64,000 bases of DNA from NCBI RefSeq assembly GCF_009914755.1, contig NC_060930.1; one strand, 5' to 3'. Under the pieces are notes generated by a model. It ran no database searches. It saw nothing but the letters and a program-made list of their open reading frames with translations, and had not been told where the DNA came from. This document shows, piece by piece, positions 1 to 17,679 of this stretch (position 1 is its first letter; every line of letters begins with the position of its first letter). Source of the DNA: the human T2T-CHM13v2.0 reference genome, Homo sapiens. Made by a program: the position numbers and the translations under genes.

Positions 1-1310
<1,310 letters not shown>

Positions 1311-4300
1311 AAAATAGGCCCAACAAGCAGATTTTTAGCCTGCTTACTTTGCATAATCTGTAAAACTTCACCCAACCTCTGCTGGATGTTGATGAGTTAG
1401 ATTCAAAACTGCTTTGCCCTTTGGAACTCCCTGGTCCGGAAACTTCCCACTATGCTGCTGAGAAACATCACCTAGACACGTAGGAACATAAAATGTCTGT
1501 CTGATCTTCCTCTCTCCCGGGAGTCCTCTTGCCCTCCTCCCTTTCTGGATGGTGGCCTCCATGTAGCCTTTGGACAGACTGCTGCTGTGAGCAATTTCCT
1601 CTCTCAGATGACCTTGTCCAAGTACCACCCGATAAAGCTTACAGCATGTCACTGCCTCCTGTGGGCATATATTTTTCCTTGATTAACCCCAAACACCTAA
1701 CACTCATGATCAGTCTAAAGCTATCCAAAGCTTACTTGCAAGGAGCCCAATTTCTGCTTTTAATGGTCTGCCTTTTAGGCTGATGGAGAATTTGAGGAGC
1801 CGATAGCTGAAGAAGGAACAGGTGATGCTGTCTGTAAATTGACTGCTGGATGTTACCAAGAAGACAATAAAAACAATACGTGCCATACCTGGAGGCAAAA
1901 CTCCAGTGGACAGCAGTAGTCTGTTACGTAATACGGACTATGCTTTTTATTTGTGTAGAACTTCTAGTTTAAACTCTCATATCAAATCAGATAATGAAAA
2001 AACCCTTGGTCTGACAACACCTCTATATTTCCTGCAGGAACATCTTCATGAAAGTGCAATATACAACTGTATTACCAGCCATTGTCACGTATTGATATAA
2101 GAAAGAGACATTATTTTCAAATGTTCCATATAATTGTACTCTACGTGAAGTTGCACTAGTTTTGCTAATTGCCCTCACACAAAGACAAACATGATACATT
2201 TAGTGTTATGAAAATAAGATGATTTTCTTGGGAAAATTTCATGATCCGGCTTATTAGATGAGAGCTCAATTATAGTAGGGCTTTTTTTTTTCTTAGTCCG
2301 GGTTTTCTTTTTATATCTGCCTCCACCCAATGCAGGACTCTTATTTCTTTATCAGAATTGCAATGATTTTGTGGTCTAATTGCATTCGTTTTTTTCTTAT
2401 TGCATTAGAGCACTTTGCTCATATCAGCACTGTAGTACTGACTACATGTATTATAGTTAATTGCCAGCCTCCACTAGACAGTGAGCTTTTTGGGTGCAGA
2501 GAACACATCTTATTCATTTTGGTATCCCCATCACATAGCGCTGTGTGCTTCTGTTGGGATAGAAAAACACCAATTCATTTTCATTGATTTCCATCATTGA
2601 ATTTTTATAAGCCACCTCAAATTCTTTGGGTAATAGGCAAAGTAAAACATAAGTAGCAATTTTAAGTCAGATATCAGAAAGTGTGTCAGTCTTTGTTGAC
2701 ATAAGAATAGAATGCATATTTACTGCCTTCTAGTAAAACATAATTTCCTATGCTATTTTTGTAAACAAGAATTTGGTAAAGAATACTAAATGATGTCAGT
2801 ACAGATTCATTCTCTCAACAAAATATGGTGAGCATCTCTTCTACATAAATCTCTATTGTAAGCACTGGGAGGAAATGGGGAATTTGACAGAAGCTTAAAG
2901 AATAGTGAGAAAGATGTGATTTATCATATCAGGATTCTATCAATTGGCCCCAAGTTTCCTGCACTTCTTAGTAATATGATAACTTAAAGGTAGTAAATAT
3001 GGTATGTCCTTAATCCGTCCTTTACAGAATCTCTTTAAACATCAAGAGGGGGCTTTGAAATAAGTGTCATTTAGGCAAACATGAGATGGTGTAGCAGCAC
3101 AAATCTATTTCCTGTAATACTCCTGTAAAAGAAACTTATCTTGACAGTAAGAGGCCCATGGAACTAAAGCCAAAGTTATCATGAAGTGACTGTGTAGAAA
3201 GACTTTATTCAGTCACCAGGTTTGATGGGGTCCAGAATGTTGCAGGAAGGTAAGAGGGAATACAGAATTCCAGGATTCTAGTTCACAGGTTCTTGATAAC
3301 CTCAGGAGAGTCACTTTTTCTTGGCACTGTGTATAAAACTTTAGGTAGAGTGTAAGAGATGTAATAAGTACTAATATTTTCTAACTTCCTTCTTCTTTCT
3401 CTATCTTACTAAATATTAAATGATTATTTCATATCTCTTCTTCCCAAAATGAGAAGAATGGATCCTATAACATTAAGCTAGCAAAGAAATTTACACTGAA
3501 AGTAAAATAAATATAGTGATTTAAATTTAATGGCTAGTATTAGTCAAAAGGGTGGATTTAATGGCAAAATAATGTTCTTTCTTATTTTAAAGAAATGGAG
3601 AACAGAAGGAATAGGGAATGCTGTCTTTGAGTTGTATTTAGAAGTGACAAAAGTTAACAGTCTCACAAAACTGAAAAGACCGGTTTTGGTGGTCTTTTCA
3701 GGCACAAACTTTCTGGAATAAACTAAAACTCACGATGTTTTTAGGCTATTAAATATGGCTGGAAATCTAAGAGTTTCTCTGTTCAAGTTTAGATTATGCC
3801 CTTTTCTATGAAAGAAAAGACCTTAAAAAATGTTGATTATGATTGTCAAATCCTAAGTGTGATGCAAACTGGAAAAATATACCTATCCTAGTTCCCTACC
3901 TCATTTACAACCAGCCAGTAGCTTCGCACTGGGCTTGGAATGAAATGCCAACTCCTAACTGTAGTCTACAAAGCTTGCAGAAGCTCAACCTCAGCCATCT
4001 CATCTCCTACCCTTCCTCCTCCTTGCTGATTCTCTGGGTCCTCTGGCCTTCTTGTCTTCCACGAGCATCCTGAGTCCAAGCCCAGCTTAGGACCTTTGCT
4101 CTTGCTACTTACCCTTCCTGTGATGCTCTTCCCCTAGATTTCAAAAGGCTATTTCCTTCCATCACTCAAGTTTCAGTACCCGTGTGGCCCTCTCAAAAGA
4201 GACTTCCCTAACTCCCTTGTTTGAAAATATAGACCCTAACTTGGCCACTTTCTTTCCTTTTGCCTTGTTTTGTTTTCCTCACAGTGATTCTTGATATCTG

Positions 4301-4518
4301 AAATTCTTACCTTATGAGTTTATTTATTATTGTCCTATCACCTACTATAAGGTAAGAACAAACAGACTGGAGATCTTGGCTATCTTGTACATTGTTGCTG
4401 CTCCATAAGAACTTGTTGAAGAGATGAATGAATGAATGCATGCATGGATGAACCTAATTCCATCTTTAAAATATCTCCAAAGGGGGATCACACTTTAACA
4501 GTCTAGTTTAACTTGTGA

Positions 4519-5464
<946 letters not shown>

Positions 5465-6179
5465 AAATCTATTCACATTTTCTACCTTGCTCTAAATTTT
5501 AGAAACATGGAAAAGTAGCCATTATATGAATAATGTTCTGACCAGTGTTGAAGGCATATGCATCATCATTTAATTCAAGAAGGGGTAGACTGAGAACTAA
5601 TTTGTTTACTTTATCTTTTCCTAATGAAAATTAAAATTTCATTACTGTGGTACTCATGCATGTAGACATATTTTAAAGTTATATTATTTATAGTCATAAT
5701 TTCCTATTTTCATCATTTTTGAAAAGTAATAAAAATGTTTTACTGTCTCCAGACTTTTAAAATGTATCTGAATAACCTTTAAAAATGTGAGTAACCATAA
5801 ACAAATGTTTTCTTCAAATCCTAATTGACAATTAGTCCCTTTTTGTCCTTCCTTTTTTGTCATGAGTTTCAATAATATTACGTTCAATTTGCTGAGTAGT
5901 CTCTGACATCTGGGCTGTACAAATCCAATCAATGACATTTGACATTATGGAGCTGCTCATGGCATGCCAGACACCATGTCACCTTTGAAGCAGTCTCTTA
6001 AAGTATCCAAAAGCGATCAGGTCCCGTTTCATGAATATAGTTAGAATGCTATTTGCTTTGCAAGTAAAAAGAACATCATCATGTAGGAATAAGCCCTCTG
6101 ATATTAGCTATATTCTTTCAGATATTAAATAGATGTACAGAAAAGATTAAAGAATTTTCTAATTTTCTGAGGATGATAG

Positions 6180-6498
<319 letters not shown>

Positions 6499-8466
6499 CA
6501 AATCTGCCCTTTTTTTATCCTTACCAAAATTTTTATTGTGTAATAACTCTTTACCAACCCAAATCTGAAGTTTTATGGATATAAAATGTATAAGGCAGCT
6601 AGTCCCTTTGCTAAGAGGAAAAAAATCTTTCCAGTGTGCAAAAAATGAGAGTCACTAAGGTATTTTAATATCTGAATATTTTTAAATTACATTTTGCTGC
6701 TTTCTTTGCCTTTTTCTTCTTTCATTCTTATGAAAGCTGTGTGTACACAGGATTTATGAGTAGATTCCACTGAAAAGAGAGAATGACCTCCAAGTCCCTC
6801 CCTCCCTTGACTCCATGTATGTGGACTATCATCACCTGATTCACTTTCCTGCACTCTGATATCAATGTCAGTCTGTCTCACACATTCTCTGTGGCTACCT
6901 AAACCATTTTCTTGGTGGTGTCCAGATTCTCATAATTTGGCCTTGTACCACCCAACTTAATTTTCCAATAAACTGCCAAATATATTATCCACTAATGTGC
7001 TATGTCCTCCTGCCTAGAGAATCTTCTCTTTCCTCATCCATTGTAATGGCCATCCTTCAAAGTCCAAATCAAATTACATCCCTTCCCATGAAATCTTCCC
7101 AAATTTTCATCTTTCTCTCTCCTGATAACCCAGTACTCTCTATCCGAATCAAGTCTCCATTGACTTTCCTCTTCTGGGAATCTCTGTATTCCAAGCACCT
7201 CTCAAATCTATTAGCATTACACATAGAGTTGATGGATATGGTAAGTAAATGCATCTGTTGACTGATTGATTTGTTACAGGTAAATTTTTATGTCCTAAGT
7301 ATTGAAAAGTGACAAAAGTGGTATGGACATAAAGGAAGCAGTATTATGGACAAGACGTGACAAAATAGAGAAGCCCAAAGTAGCAACTTTTGGAGAGTAA
7401 AAATTTTAAGTATTTACAAGGCTAATACACTCTATTACCTATTCAGAAACATTTATTGATTGGTATCAATCAGTTCCACAAGTCATCTATAAACCTGCAA
7501 ACAAATGGTGCCTAATTTGCACAGCTGGTTGCCATACATGATACGCCGGAGATCTGTTCTCACTAAACTAACAAGGACTTTGTTTTTTCCACTTTGTATG
7601 CCCTGAACACAGCACAGTGCTTGGCACATAGTAGTTGCCCAGTAAGTATTTGTTGACTGAAATAATCAACTAATAAATTTTTAAAACTTTGAATTGTGAG
7701 CATTGATACTGAATCAGGCTGGCTACTTAAGCTGAATTTAATTTTGTTACTAAAATTTAGTTAACATTGTCAAACCTGAGCAACCGTGAAATTACAGAAA
7801 TAAGTGTTTTAAGTTCCACTAAATAAAACGTTTTAAATGTTTACATTTTTTAAAGTGCCTGAAGCTAAGCCAAAACAAAGAAGAATTCCAACCAGGAGGA
7901 AAAAGTTAAAGCTGTTTTTTAACATCCAGTCAATAACTTGAGTCTCTGGTGCTTTTACTCCAGAGTAGCCATGCCAACCCATAAGCCAAAAAGGTAGATC
8001 CAAAATTAACAGTTGTGTTCAAAGACAAAAGCCCAATGAAATTATAAGTGATGTGATCCAAGGACTGAGCAAAGATAATTGCATTTACTCAATGTTAGTT
8101 TGCATTATAATTGCTATTGTAGCCATCATCATCATCAACACCATCATCATTCATAGTACCTATCTATGTGGTGTGGGATAGACTACTGACAATGAGCCAA
8201 GGAATTAGGGAGGATGATGGTTAGGTCAGGTTCAGGGTCCAGACACTCAGGCATTAATAAAAGCCAGGTAACCTATCAACAATACTCATGGTACCAAAGA
8301 CAGAGAAAGAGCCCCAGCAAGACATAACTGAGCCAGAGAGTTACTGACACTGAGATCCTTATACATAACGAGATTCTTATACACACTAAGATCACTCTCA
8401 TAATAAACATTTGGCAAAATTGCCCTGAGGGGATGAGGAAAATTCAGATACGGAGTTAGGGGTTAA

Positions 8467-8874
<408 letters not shown>

Positions 8875-9022
8875 AAAGTTATCAACATCTTGATTCAGAA
8901 TGTATAGACTACCAATTCCATGAGTGAAGACATATGTATTTTGTTCACTGCTTCCAGTGTCTACCACAATGCTCGGTACAAAGATAAATATTTGTTAAAG
9001 GAATAAATAAATTAGCAACTGT

Positions 9023-9366
<344 letters not shown>

Positions 9367-10029
9367 TCAACTATAATTCTTTTTGTTCTCACCATACAAT
9401 AGGTGCCAGAAAAGCTTTACATTTAACATACAGTTACTGATTGCTCACAACTTGTCGTTTTTCTGAAGTCTATGCTAACTTTCCAAGCCAAAAGAAAAAA
9501 AAAGCTGTATCTAATTTTTCATAACCCTAGAGATATAAGCCATCAGCATCTTCTTTTCCGGAAAAAGAAAATTGTTTTCATCTATTCTTCCACCTTCTTT
9601 TAACTCTCATTTTCACAAGAAAAATATATATATATAATCCACTCTACATAAAGCAGCCAGTGCAATCTACCAAAACAGCAAATCTGACCATGTCCTTTCC
9701 CTGTGTACAGCCTTCTGTGAAAGGTTGCCATTGGCATTTGAGGGACTTCATACCTGGCTTACCAGAGCTGCCAGGAACTGGAGAGCAGGCATCCAGCCTG
9801 ATGTCCCTCCACGCAGACTTCCTTTCACCAGCCATGCCCCCTCCTACCTCTGGGCCTTGAAACATATTCTGCCTGCCGGAAATGCTTTTTCTCACTCTCT
9901 CTCAAAGCTCTATAGAGGTATAATTTATACATAAAGAATCATATATATTTAACATGTACTACGTGATGAGTTTAGACATATCTGAACACCTGTAATATCA
10001 TCATCACAATCACCACAATCAAGACAATA

Positions 10030-10056
10030 TGATTTAAAGAGAAACCAGAGTACTCC
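10030..10056 (-). pseudogene. 3'-truncated (tailless) U5 snRNA retro-fragment
   Basis: Minus strand GTACTCTGGTTTCTCTTTAAATCA vs U5 5' end ATACTCTGGTTTCTCTTCAGATCG (20/24); flanked by ATCAAGACAATA at 10018-10029 and 10057-10068. Confidence 0.8.
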
Positions 10057-12364
10057 ATCAAGACAATAGACATATCCAACACCTCCCGAAGTTTCCTCAT
10101 GTTCCCGTTTTTGTTTGCTAGTGGTAAGAACACCAGTATTCTCTAATGCTTATCAATAAAAGAATGTCTCTGAAGCCCTACATCTTTCAAAAACATTTTA
10201 AGAAGAAATTTTTGAACAGCAACATATAGTAGCATCTAACAATCAGAAATGCATACTTTAAAGATAAACATATACTCAAAATTCGGAAAGAGCAGAAGAA
10301 CATATTTTGGCAGGTGAGCAGATGTTCCTGTCTGTCTTGCATAATGCCTCTGGATAACATTTGGTCAATCTACCCCTTTATTATTTTCCAACTATGTTTT
10401 TTATTATTATATAATGTTAATGAGCATATTAGAATAATAAATGAAATTACTTAATGTATTTTGGCATTACATTTTAACTGTAAGAGAAAAATAAGGCTAT
10501 TAAGGGTGTTCTAGACCTTTAAAATCATTTTTTTCTCTTTCAATTCTGGTAACTAAGGACTGAATTACTCAAAGCTATATCTCAAAATAATATACACAGA
10601 TCTCACTCATGCTCGTGCTATTCAATCTGCCTGAATAAATCTGTCACTTTTAATAATGTGCTCAGTATTTTAACATTAACAATTATTTCCAGAGAGTAAT
10701 GCTTTGCTGTATAAAAGCTATAAAACCAATAGTGTCACACAGCAAAAGATTATACTATACTATACGCACGGTTCAAATAAATTTAAAGAACAATTGGTAA
10801 AGCACTTAAGATAAACTTGGTATAAAATGAAAACTACAGAAAAAATGAGAAATAGGTGTTATTTCCCCTAAATTGACACACAGTGCTCATGTATAAATAA
10901 GCAAAAAGAATTACCAATATGAAAGTCAATCATATGATGGCAGCTCAAATTTAAAATATCATTTTATCCCTCTGATATGTCATTTCTCTTATAATCGTGT
11001 TTAAAAGGTATCATAAAAAATGAAGTTTTGAAATATGTTGAAGAATGTGATTTTTAAAAAGCAATAAAAATAATAATTCTGTCCACACCCTGTATTTGGT
11101 GAAAGGTAGATTATCCTAAAATATAACTGCCATCTGGGAATAGATACATTATCATTTTCTTCCTGTGACTCACTTATACATCATCTGTAGCCTCCATTTT
11201 TTTTCCTTCATCTGAGATGGTTGTTATAGCTCCAGGAGTGGAGAGCTAAAAAGCCAATAGTGTCCATAAAGGTCAGTCTTAGTCATAAAGGAGTAGAGAT
11301 CTGTGGGTTGTTTTCAGAGGCCTCAAGGAAGGTTCCTGTTCCCAAAATATCTTCTTAAGGATCCCAAAGTTTATTCCACAAGATGTATTATTTTACCTCA
11401 GTTAGGAATAAGACTGAAATTATGAGTCCTCCAAAGGCATGGCATTTTGACTTAAATTTATAGCAATGTTTAGTATCAAAGCTATTCTAAATAGAAAGAG
11501 TAGGTGGAAAGGCAGAGAGAGGAAGCAAAGTGTAAAGATGCTGGGTCCCCATGGTGGAAGGAGTTGACAGGAGGTTGCCGCACGTTCAAGCCCAAGGGCA
11601 CACAGTCTTGCCAGTCAGATAAACCTGGGCTTAAGTTACTTCACCTTTGAGAGTCCCCAGGTAAACATTTGTAACATGAGAGGCAAAAAAAGCACCTGGC
11701 TGAAAGAGTTTAGGAGTTTTTTGTCAGGGGTGGAGGAGGGAGTTAGATGAGTAAAATGAGTTTATACCATGTAAAGTGCTTAGCTTAATGCCTAACACAG
11801 AGAAGGCACTCAATGATGTTAGTTGCCATAATTATCCCTGTTTCTGAAAGTAGAACAGAAAAATTCTCATGGCAGATAAATCAGGTGTACCTGGCTGCAT
11901 GCCTGGAAAACTCATAAAGGAAACTTTATTAGACTAGAGGCTATTTAAAATTGCATCCTGCCATGAGATATTCTGGTCCTATGATGGTTTGTTCAACTAG
12001 TTATGCACTTAATGATACCAGTAGTTCAGAAAGCCATTCTTCAACTATGCTGGAGAGAAAGAGAACATCGTTTTGCTTTGACTCCTCATGCAAACCTGCA
12101 CAAGGTTTTATTCTCAGGGGAAACTTAAGTCAATAAAAGTTATATGTTTGACACTTGGTATAGAATATTCCAAATTTGGATACAGTGATGCTTCCATCAG
12201 TAATTCCACAGGAATGAAGTTTTTTTATTAAATAAACCATAAATTGTGGTTAGGATATAGGGGAATAAACCCTCAAACAACATATGAACATAGAATATGC
12301 AATAATCATTTACTCTTAGAAATGCCCATGTGTAACTAATGTTACTCTACAAAAAATAAGAGCA

Positions 12365-12497
12365 AAATTAGAGAGGCATGGTGGCGTGTGCCTGTAGTCC
12401 CAGCTACTTGGGAGGTTGAGGTGGAAGGATTGCTTGAGCCTAGGACGTTGAGCTGCAGTGAGCCATGATCGTGCCACTGCACTCCAGGCTGGGCAAC
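12365..12497 (+). mobile_element. AluJ/FRAM right-monomer fragment
   Basis: Partial Alu match. Confidence 0.85.
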
Positions 12498-12564
12498 TAT
12501 CTATCTAAGTTCCTATCTAAAAGAGTAAGATCCTATCGAAAAGAGAAAAGAAAAGTCAAAACGT

Positions 12565-13060
12565 TAAAAAAAGTTTATAAAGTAAAAAGCTTACAGTAAG
12601 TTAAGGTTAACTTATTATTAAAAAATAAAAAATCTTTTAAAATAAATGTAGTGTAGCCTTACTGTACAGACTTTATAAAGTCTACAGCAGTTTAAAGTAA
12701 TGTCCTAGGCCTTCACCTTTACTCACCACTCACTCACTGACTCACCCAGAGCAATTTCCAGTCCAGCAAGCCCTGTGCATTGTAAGTATCTTAAACAGGT
12801 ATACCATTTTTTATCTTTTATATCATGTTTTTACTGTACCTTTTGTATGTTTAGACACACAAATAATTACCATTGTGTTACAATTGCCTACAGTATTCAG
12901 TGAAGTAACAAGATGTACAAGTTTGAAGCCTAGGAGCAATAGGCTGCACCATACAGCTAGGTGTGCAGTAGGCTATAGGTTTGTGTAAGTATACTCTATG
13001 ATGTTTGCGCAATGATGAAATTGCCTAAGGACACATTACTCAGAAACTATCCCTGTTGTT
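12565..13060 (+). mobile_element. Tigger3 (Golem/MER7) fragment
   Basis: GTAATGTCCTAGGCCTTCAC..CACTCACTCACTGACTCACCCAGAGCAA signature. Confidence 0.8.
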
Positions 13061-13079
13061 ATAGTAGCAATAATGCAAG

Positions 13080-13930
13080 AGGAAATAGATATATCCCTAA
13101 CCATAGCAAGAAATTTTAGTATACCTCTATGAAAATTGATAGATAAAACAGTCAAAAAATAGTAAGAATTTAGAAAGCTTAAATAATACAATTAACAAGC
13201 ACAAACAGCAGTCTATATTCAACAAGTAGAGAATACACATTTGTTGAAAGTAAACATGGAACACTTATAGAATTGGACTACACACTAGTCTCCAAAACAA
13301 ATATCAAAAAATCAATATCATATATACCACCTTCTCACTGTATGTTCTATAGTAAAATAAAATTCAAAATCAAAATCCAAAAGACACACCTGAAATTCTA
13401 TTTATTTAGAAACTTAAAAGTATTTATTTATAAGTAATGTTTGAGTCTAAAAAGTTAGTATTGGGACTAATAAAACATTTATAATGAAATGCCAGTGGAA
13501 AAAATACATATTAAAACTTTTGGCCTAGAGTTGATGTAATATTGGGAAAGAAATTCATAGCCCTAATTGCCTATGCTTAAAAAGAAAGATTGAAAATTGA
13601 TCATTAAGTTATTTAACTCAAGAGAAAGAACTAGAACAGTGGCAGGAGTACAAAGACATAAAAAGAAGGAAATTGCAAGAACAAGAACAGAAACTCATAA
13701 TGTAGAAATCAATAAAATAAGGAGATGCACAAAAAAGCCGAAAGCTGATATTTTTTAAAGACTAATAAAAATATTTTTAAGAGGCTGGATAAAGACAAAA
13801 GGAATTATCAAATAAAATATATTAGGACTGAAAAAGGTAAAGTAACTGTAGAGAAAAATTAAAAGAATTAAAAGAGCATACTATGACTCTATGACAATAC
13901 ATTGTAAAACAAATAAAAATAAAAATTCAT
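13080..13930 (+). mobile_element. Ancient L1M ORF2 (endonuclease region) fragment
   Basis: A-rich degenerate L1 similarity. Confidence 0.6.
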
Positions 13931-15413
13931 AAACCTGGTTCAAACAAACTAAAGATATACATAACTTTTGTGTTTGTTTTTGCTTTTATTACTTTTTTCT
14001 TTTCTTTTTTTTCTTCTTTTTTTGGGATACATATATCTTTATATGTATATGTGTGTATAGATACATATGTGTGTGTGTATATATATCTGTGCGTAATTGA
14101 AATGATTTTTGAGCTCACATCTATTCACCAAAGAAGCTGACCCTTTGTACAGCATTACTCCCATGGCTATCACTGAATTGAAACCTCCTTAAGGATGGGA
14201 CTATTTTGTCCTGAGATTTTCTTCCTCCAGAGTATCTAGCACATAATCTGATTTACTTTTAAAAAACACCACTCTTCTACTGGGTGATTTGATGAGACTA
14301 GAGCAACATTTTCAGTTAACGAGTTCTTGACATGGTCTTGCTGTTGGTAAAAATGTTCATATTACTCTATCAATTTGAGCATCATGCTTTGCTTATTAGT
14401 CTTCAGAGATCAAATTTCCATGGAATTTATTTAACTGACAAAAAAACAAGGTTATTTATTTCCTTATATCTGTTGTTCTCTTTTCTTACAGATATTAAAT
14501 CATAAGACTTGGACCTTGACTATGAACTCCACAGTACACTAAAACTAGTTTCAAATGAAACAAAACAGGAGTATACTAAAATAAACAAGTGTATAAAAAA
14601 TATTTTTCCCATTGATAATGATCTAAACTATTGATATCGAGGGAATTCTCCAATTTGACTACATTTCCAAAGATCACTACAGCACTGCCAATGCATAGAA
14701 GTGCAGTTTCTATGGACTCATCATTGAAAAACAAGAGGGAGAGAAAAAAGCAGTTAGCACAACTGTCTTCAAAAACAAATACAAAACTATTTTCAGCAGA
14801 ATAGAGCACCTGCTTTATTGAAGTAAATACAAAATAGAAAGGTAAAGCACAGTATTTTCCAGGTGAACTCACTGCAGCCACTGATGATGTCAGTTTGTTT
14901 CCTTCCCTTTTCCTTTGGCAGAAGGGAAAGAATCCTCAAATGTTCAATGAGCCAACCAATGCTGCCAGTTTATTCAATAACATTTGAAGTAAGGACAAAA
15001 CATTAAAAATATAAAATCTATGGCCTTGTGCAAATTCATAGCAATTTAATGGGAAAAACAACACTATCATTTTGGTTTTGAACCAAACCAAAAGTTATTT
15101 AAGAGATGATCTAACCAAAATATTCTATATATTACAGATGAGTCAGTTTCAAGTCACAGAGGCACAAGTGATGGCTAAAATGCAGTAACCAGGTCATATT
15201 TTAAAAAGAAAAAGTTCAGTTTTTCAGATGAAAAATCATGTGTAGATGAAGGAAAATTTGTAAATCATTGGAGGAAATCACTTTATTACTATTGTTATTG
15301 CTAGTTTATTAATAATTTTTAGTTGTACTGGACTATACAGATATGAGTGAACACCAAAAAAAACTCTACCAAGATATGCAGGTACTAATACTCTGGTATA
15401 ATTTTTAAAAGTA

Positions 15414-15545
15414 GGCCAGGAGCTGTGGCTTATGCCTGTAATCCTAGCACTTTGGGAGGGTAAGGCAGGAGAATCACTTGAGTCCAGGAATTCAACACCA
15501 GCCTCGGCAACATAGGGAGACTTTGTCTCTACAAAAAAAAATAAA
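15414..15545 (+). mobile_element. FLAM / Alu left monomer
   Basis: Monomer with A tail. Confidence 0.85.
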
Positions 15546-16369
15546 ATTTGAAAAACAAATTTTAACTATTTACAAAGACAAATATCTATTTTTATTATAA
15601 AAAATTATATTTTGGTGACTATAAACTTGTGAAAAGACATGAAAAGGCATAACACATTTTATAAAAATGATTTGTATTTAATGATATTACATATAAACCA
15701 CTAAAATGATAGCTATAGATGTCTACATATACAAAATATGCATATATGCATGCATGTATAATATATGTATACATGTATTATATATAGTATAGTATATTAA
15801 GCAGAAATGTTTTTCAATATATTTCCATGTAACTAAACCTTGTATATATCACTGCAGATTTCTTTGTCTTTTCATAGACAGAAATGTTTTATAACTTGAC
15901 ATGAGACATCTGTCACAGAGAATGACAGTCTCATACATTTTAGCCTGGCTCCCCACCTCCGCCTTGGATTCAAGAAAAACATTTTGATGATTCACGCACA
16001 GTGTAAGGATAATATGACAATAAAATGACTTCAGGCTATGTAAGCCCATAAATAAAGGGAAATCAAACCTTTCATACAAGTAAATCCACGCAAGAAATCA
16101 ATTTGTAAAATTGAAAAAACTTCTTCTAAATGGGCATGATGGGTATAAGTCTCTAAAAAGAATAAACACATCCATTTGCAGTTTCATTTTTTAACACATT
16201 CTCTCAGAGTTTCACTCAACCCCTCCCCAAAAAATATTTTGGAGTTTTATGGTGCCCAGCATAAATTTCCTTCTAATTTCTTGCTTTTGAAACATTCTCA
16301 ATGTGATGTGATTTATTAGTTGATAGGAATCAATCATTTGTTTTCCACAGTTAACCATATCGGCTAGAG

Positions 16370-16510
16370 CAGAGTTTCCCCAACCTTAATATGCATATAA
16401 ATTACCTGGGGACATTATTAAAATGCCAATTCTGATGCAATAGCCATGGGATGGGATTCCATTTCTGGTAAGTTTCCAGGTGACACCGAAGCTGCTGGTC
16501 AGCAGCCTGC
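16370..16510. mobile_element. MER5A-like hAT-Charlie element
   Basis: AATTACCTGGGGA..ATTAAAATGC..CCAGGTGA..GCTGCTGGTC. Confidence 0.6.
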
Positions 16511-17665
16511 TCATCATATACTGAAGGACTAGAAGATTTTGGCTATAGTTATTTGTTTTCTTTCCCTCTCATACACAGGCATTCAACAAACATGCTGAGC
16601 ATGAACTGTGAATCAGCCATTGAGCTCTCAGAAAATGTGAATTTAAATGTAAGCAGCTTTATGAAGATTTTTTTTCCTTTATATTTTGCTTATTCCATTC
16701 GGTTATGGAAAATAGACTTCAAAATGCCTAAGGGAAAATATGATTTACGAATATTTGTTAGACTTGATTGAAAGTAACTAATGTTAAGTTATTTTTTTTT
16801 CAAACTACCATTGAAATCTTGGTGAAACAATCTTCTTAAAGCCTTACTAAAAAGAATACCTTACAGTCTCACTCCTAACAGAAAAACTCAGCCAGGCAGT
16901 TCACTTATGAGAGTCAACCAAAAGTTCATTTTCTTCAACCCTGTCAAAAGAAAGTTGGTTTGCAATTAGATAGATTTGGGTGAAAGTACAACATATTTCA
17001 CTTACTTGTATGACCCTGGGCAACTTTTATCAACTTCCTGAGTCTCCATTTTTCTTACCTGTATACATGAGTTAATAAAGTTATCTTCCATTCATTTAAA
17101 ACATATTTATTGAGCACCTACCATGTGTTAGGCACTGTTCTAGCACTTGGGATGAATCAGTGAGCAAATGAACATAGACTTCTTCCTCATATATCTCTTG
17201 GATAGAAATGATGTACATTAAGTAGCCCTTGCCACACGCCTAACACTCTCTCTATTTAGTAGCTTTCAACTCTTTGATGCTTTCCAAGTAACTCCCAGGT
17301 AAGTAAAACTGTCATTTTCTTAAAATTTGAGATCATTTATCCTTAGTGCTTTATTATATGCCAGACATATTCCAAGTACTTTGGATATGTGTCTAAACTC
17401 ATGTAATCCTCGCAGCAGCCCAAAAGGAAGATTGGTATGCTCATTTTACAAGAAGAACACTTACTCAGAAAGGAAATTAAGGAATTCTCCAAGATCACAG
17501 AGCTAGCAAATAGCAGAGCTGGGATCCAAACTCAGTTTGGCCTCAGACACCCCACTCTTAACCACAACACCTTGGAGTAATGAAATTAGAACCACCGTAA
17601 ACAAGTCCAGAAAGTTACACTTCGTGTACTGAATAGCTCTAAACTGTGGATTAGCTAGGCTTATT

Positions 17666-17679
17666 GTGCCCTCTGGTGG
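17666..17679 (-). promoter_or_regulatory. CTCF core motif CCACCAGAGGGCAC
   Basis: Exact match to CCASYAGRKGGCRS. Confidence 0.65.

Noticed and set aside
1779-1821. AG...GT-bounded purine-rich 43-nt segment
   Set aside because: Weak donor, no partner exons; compatible with chance
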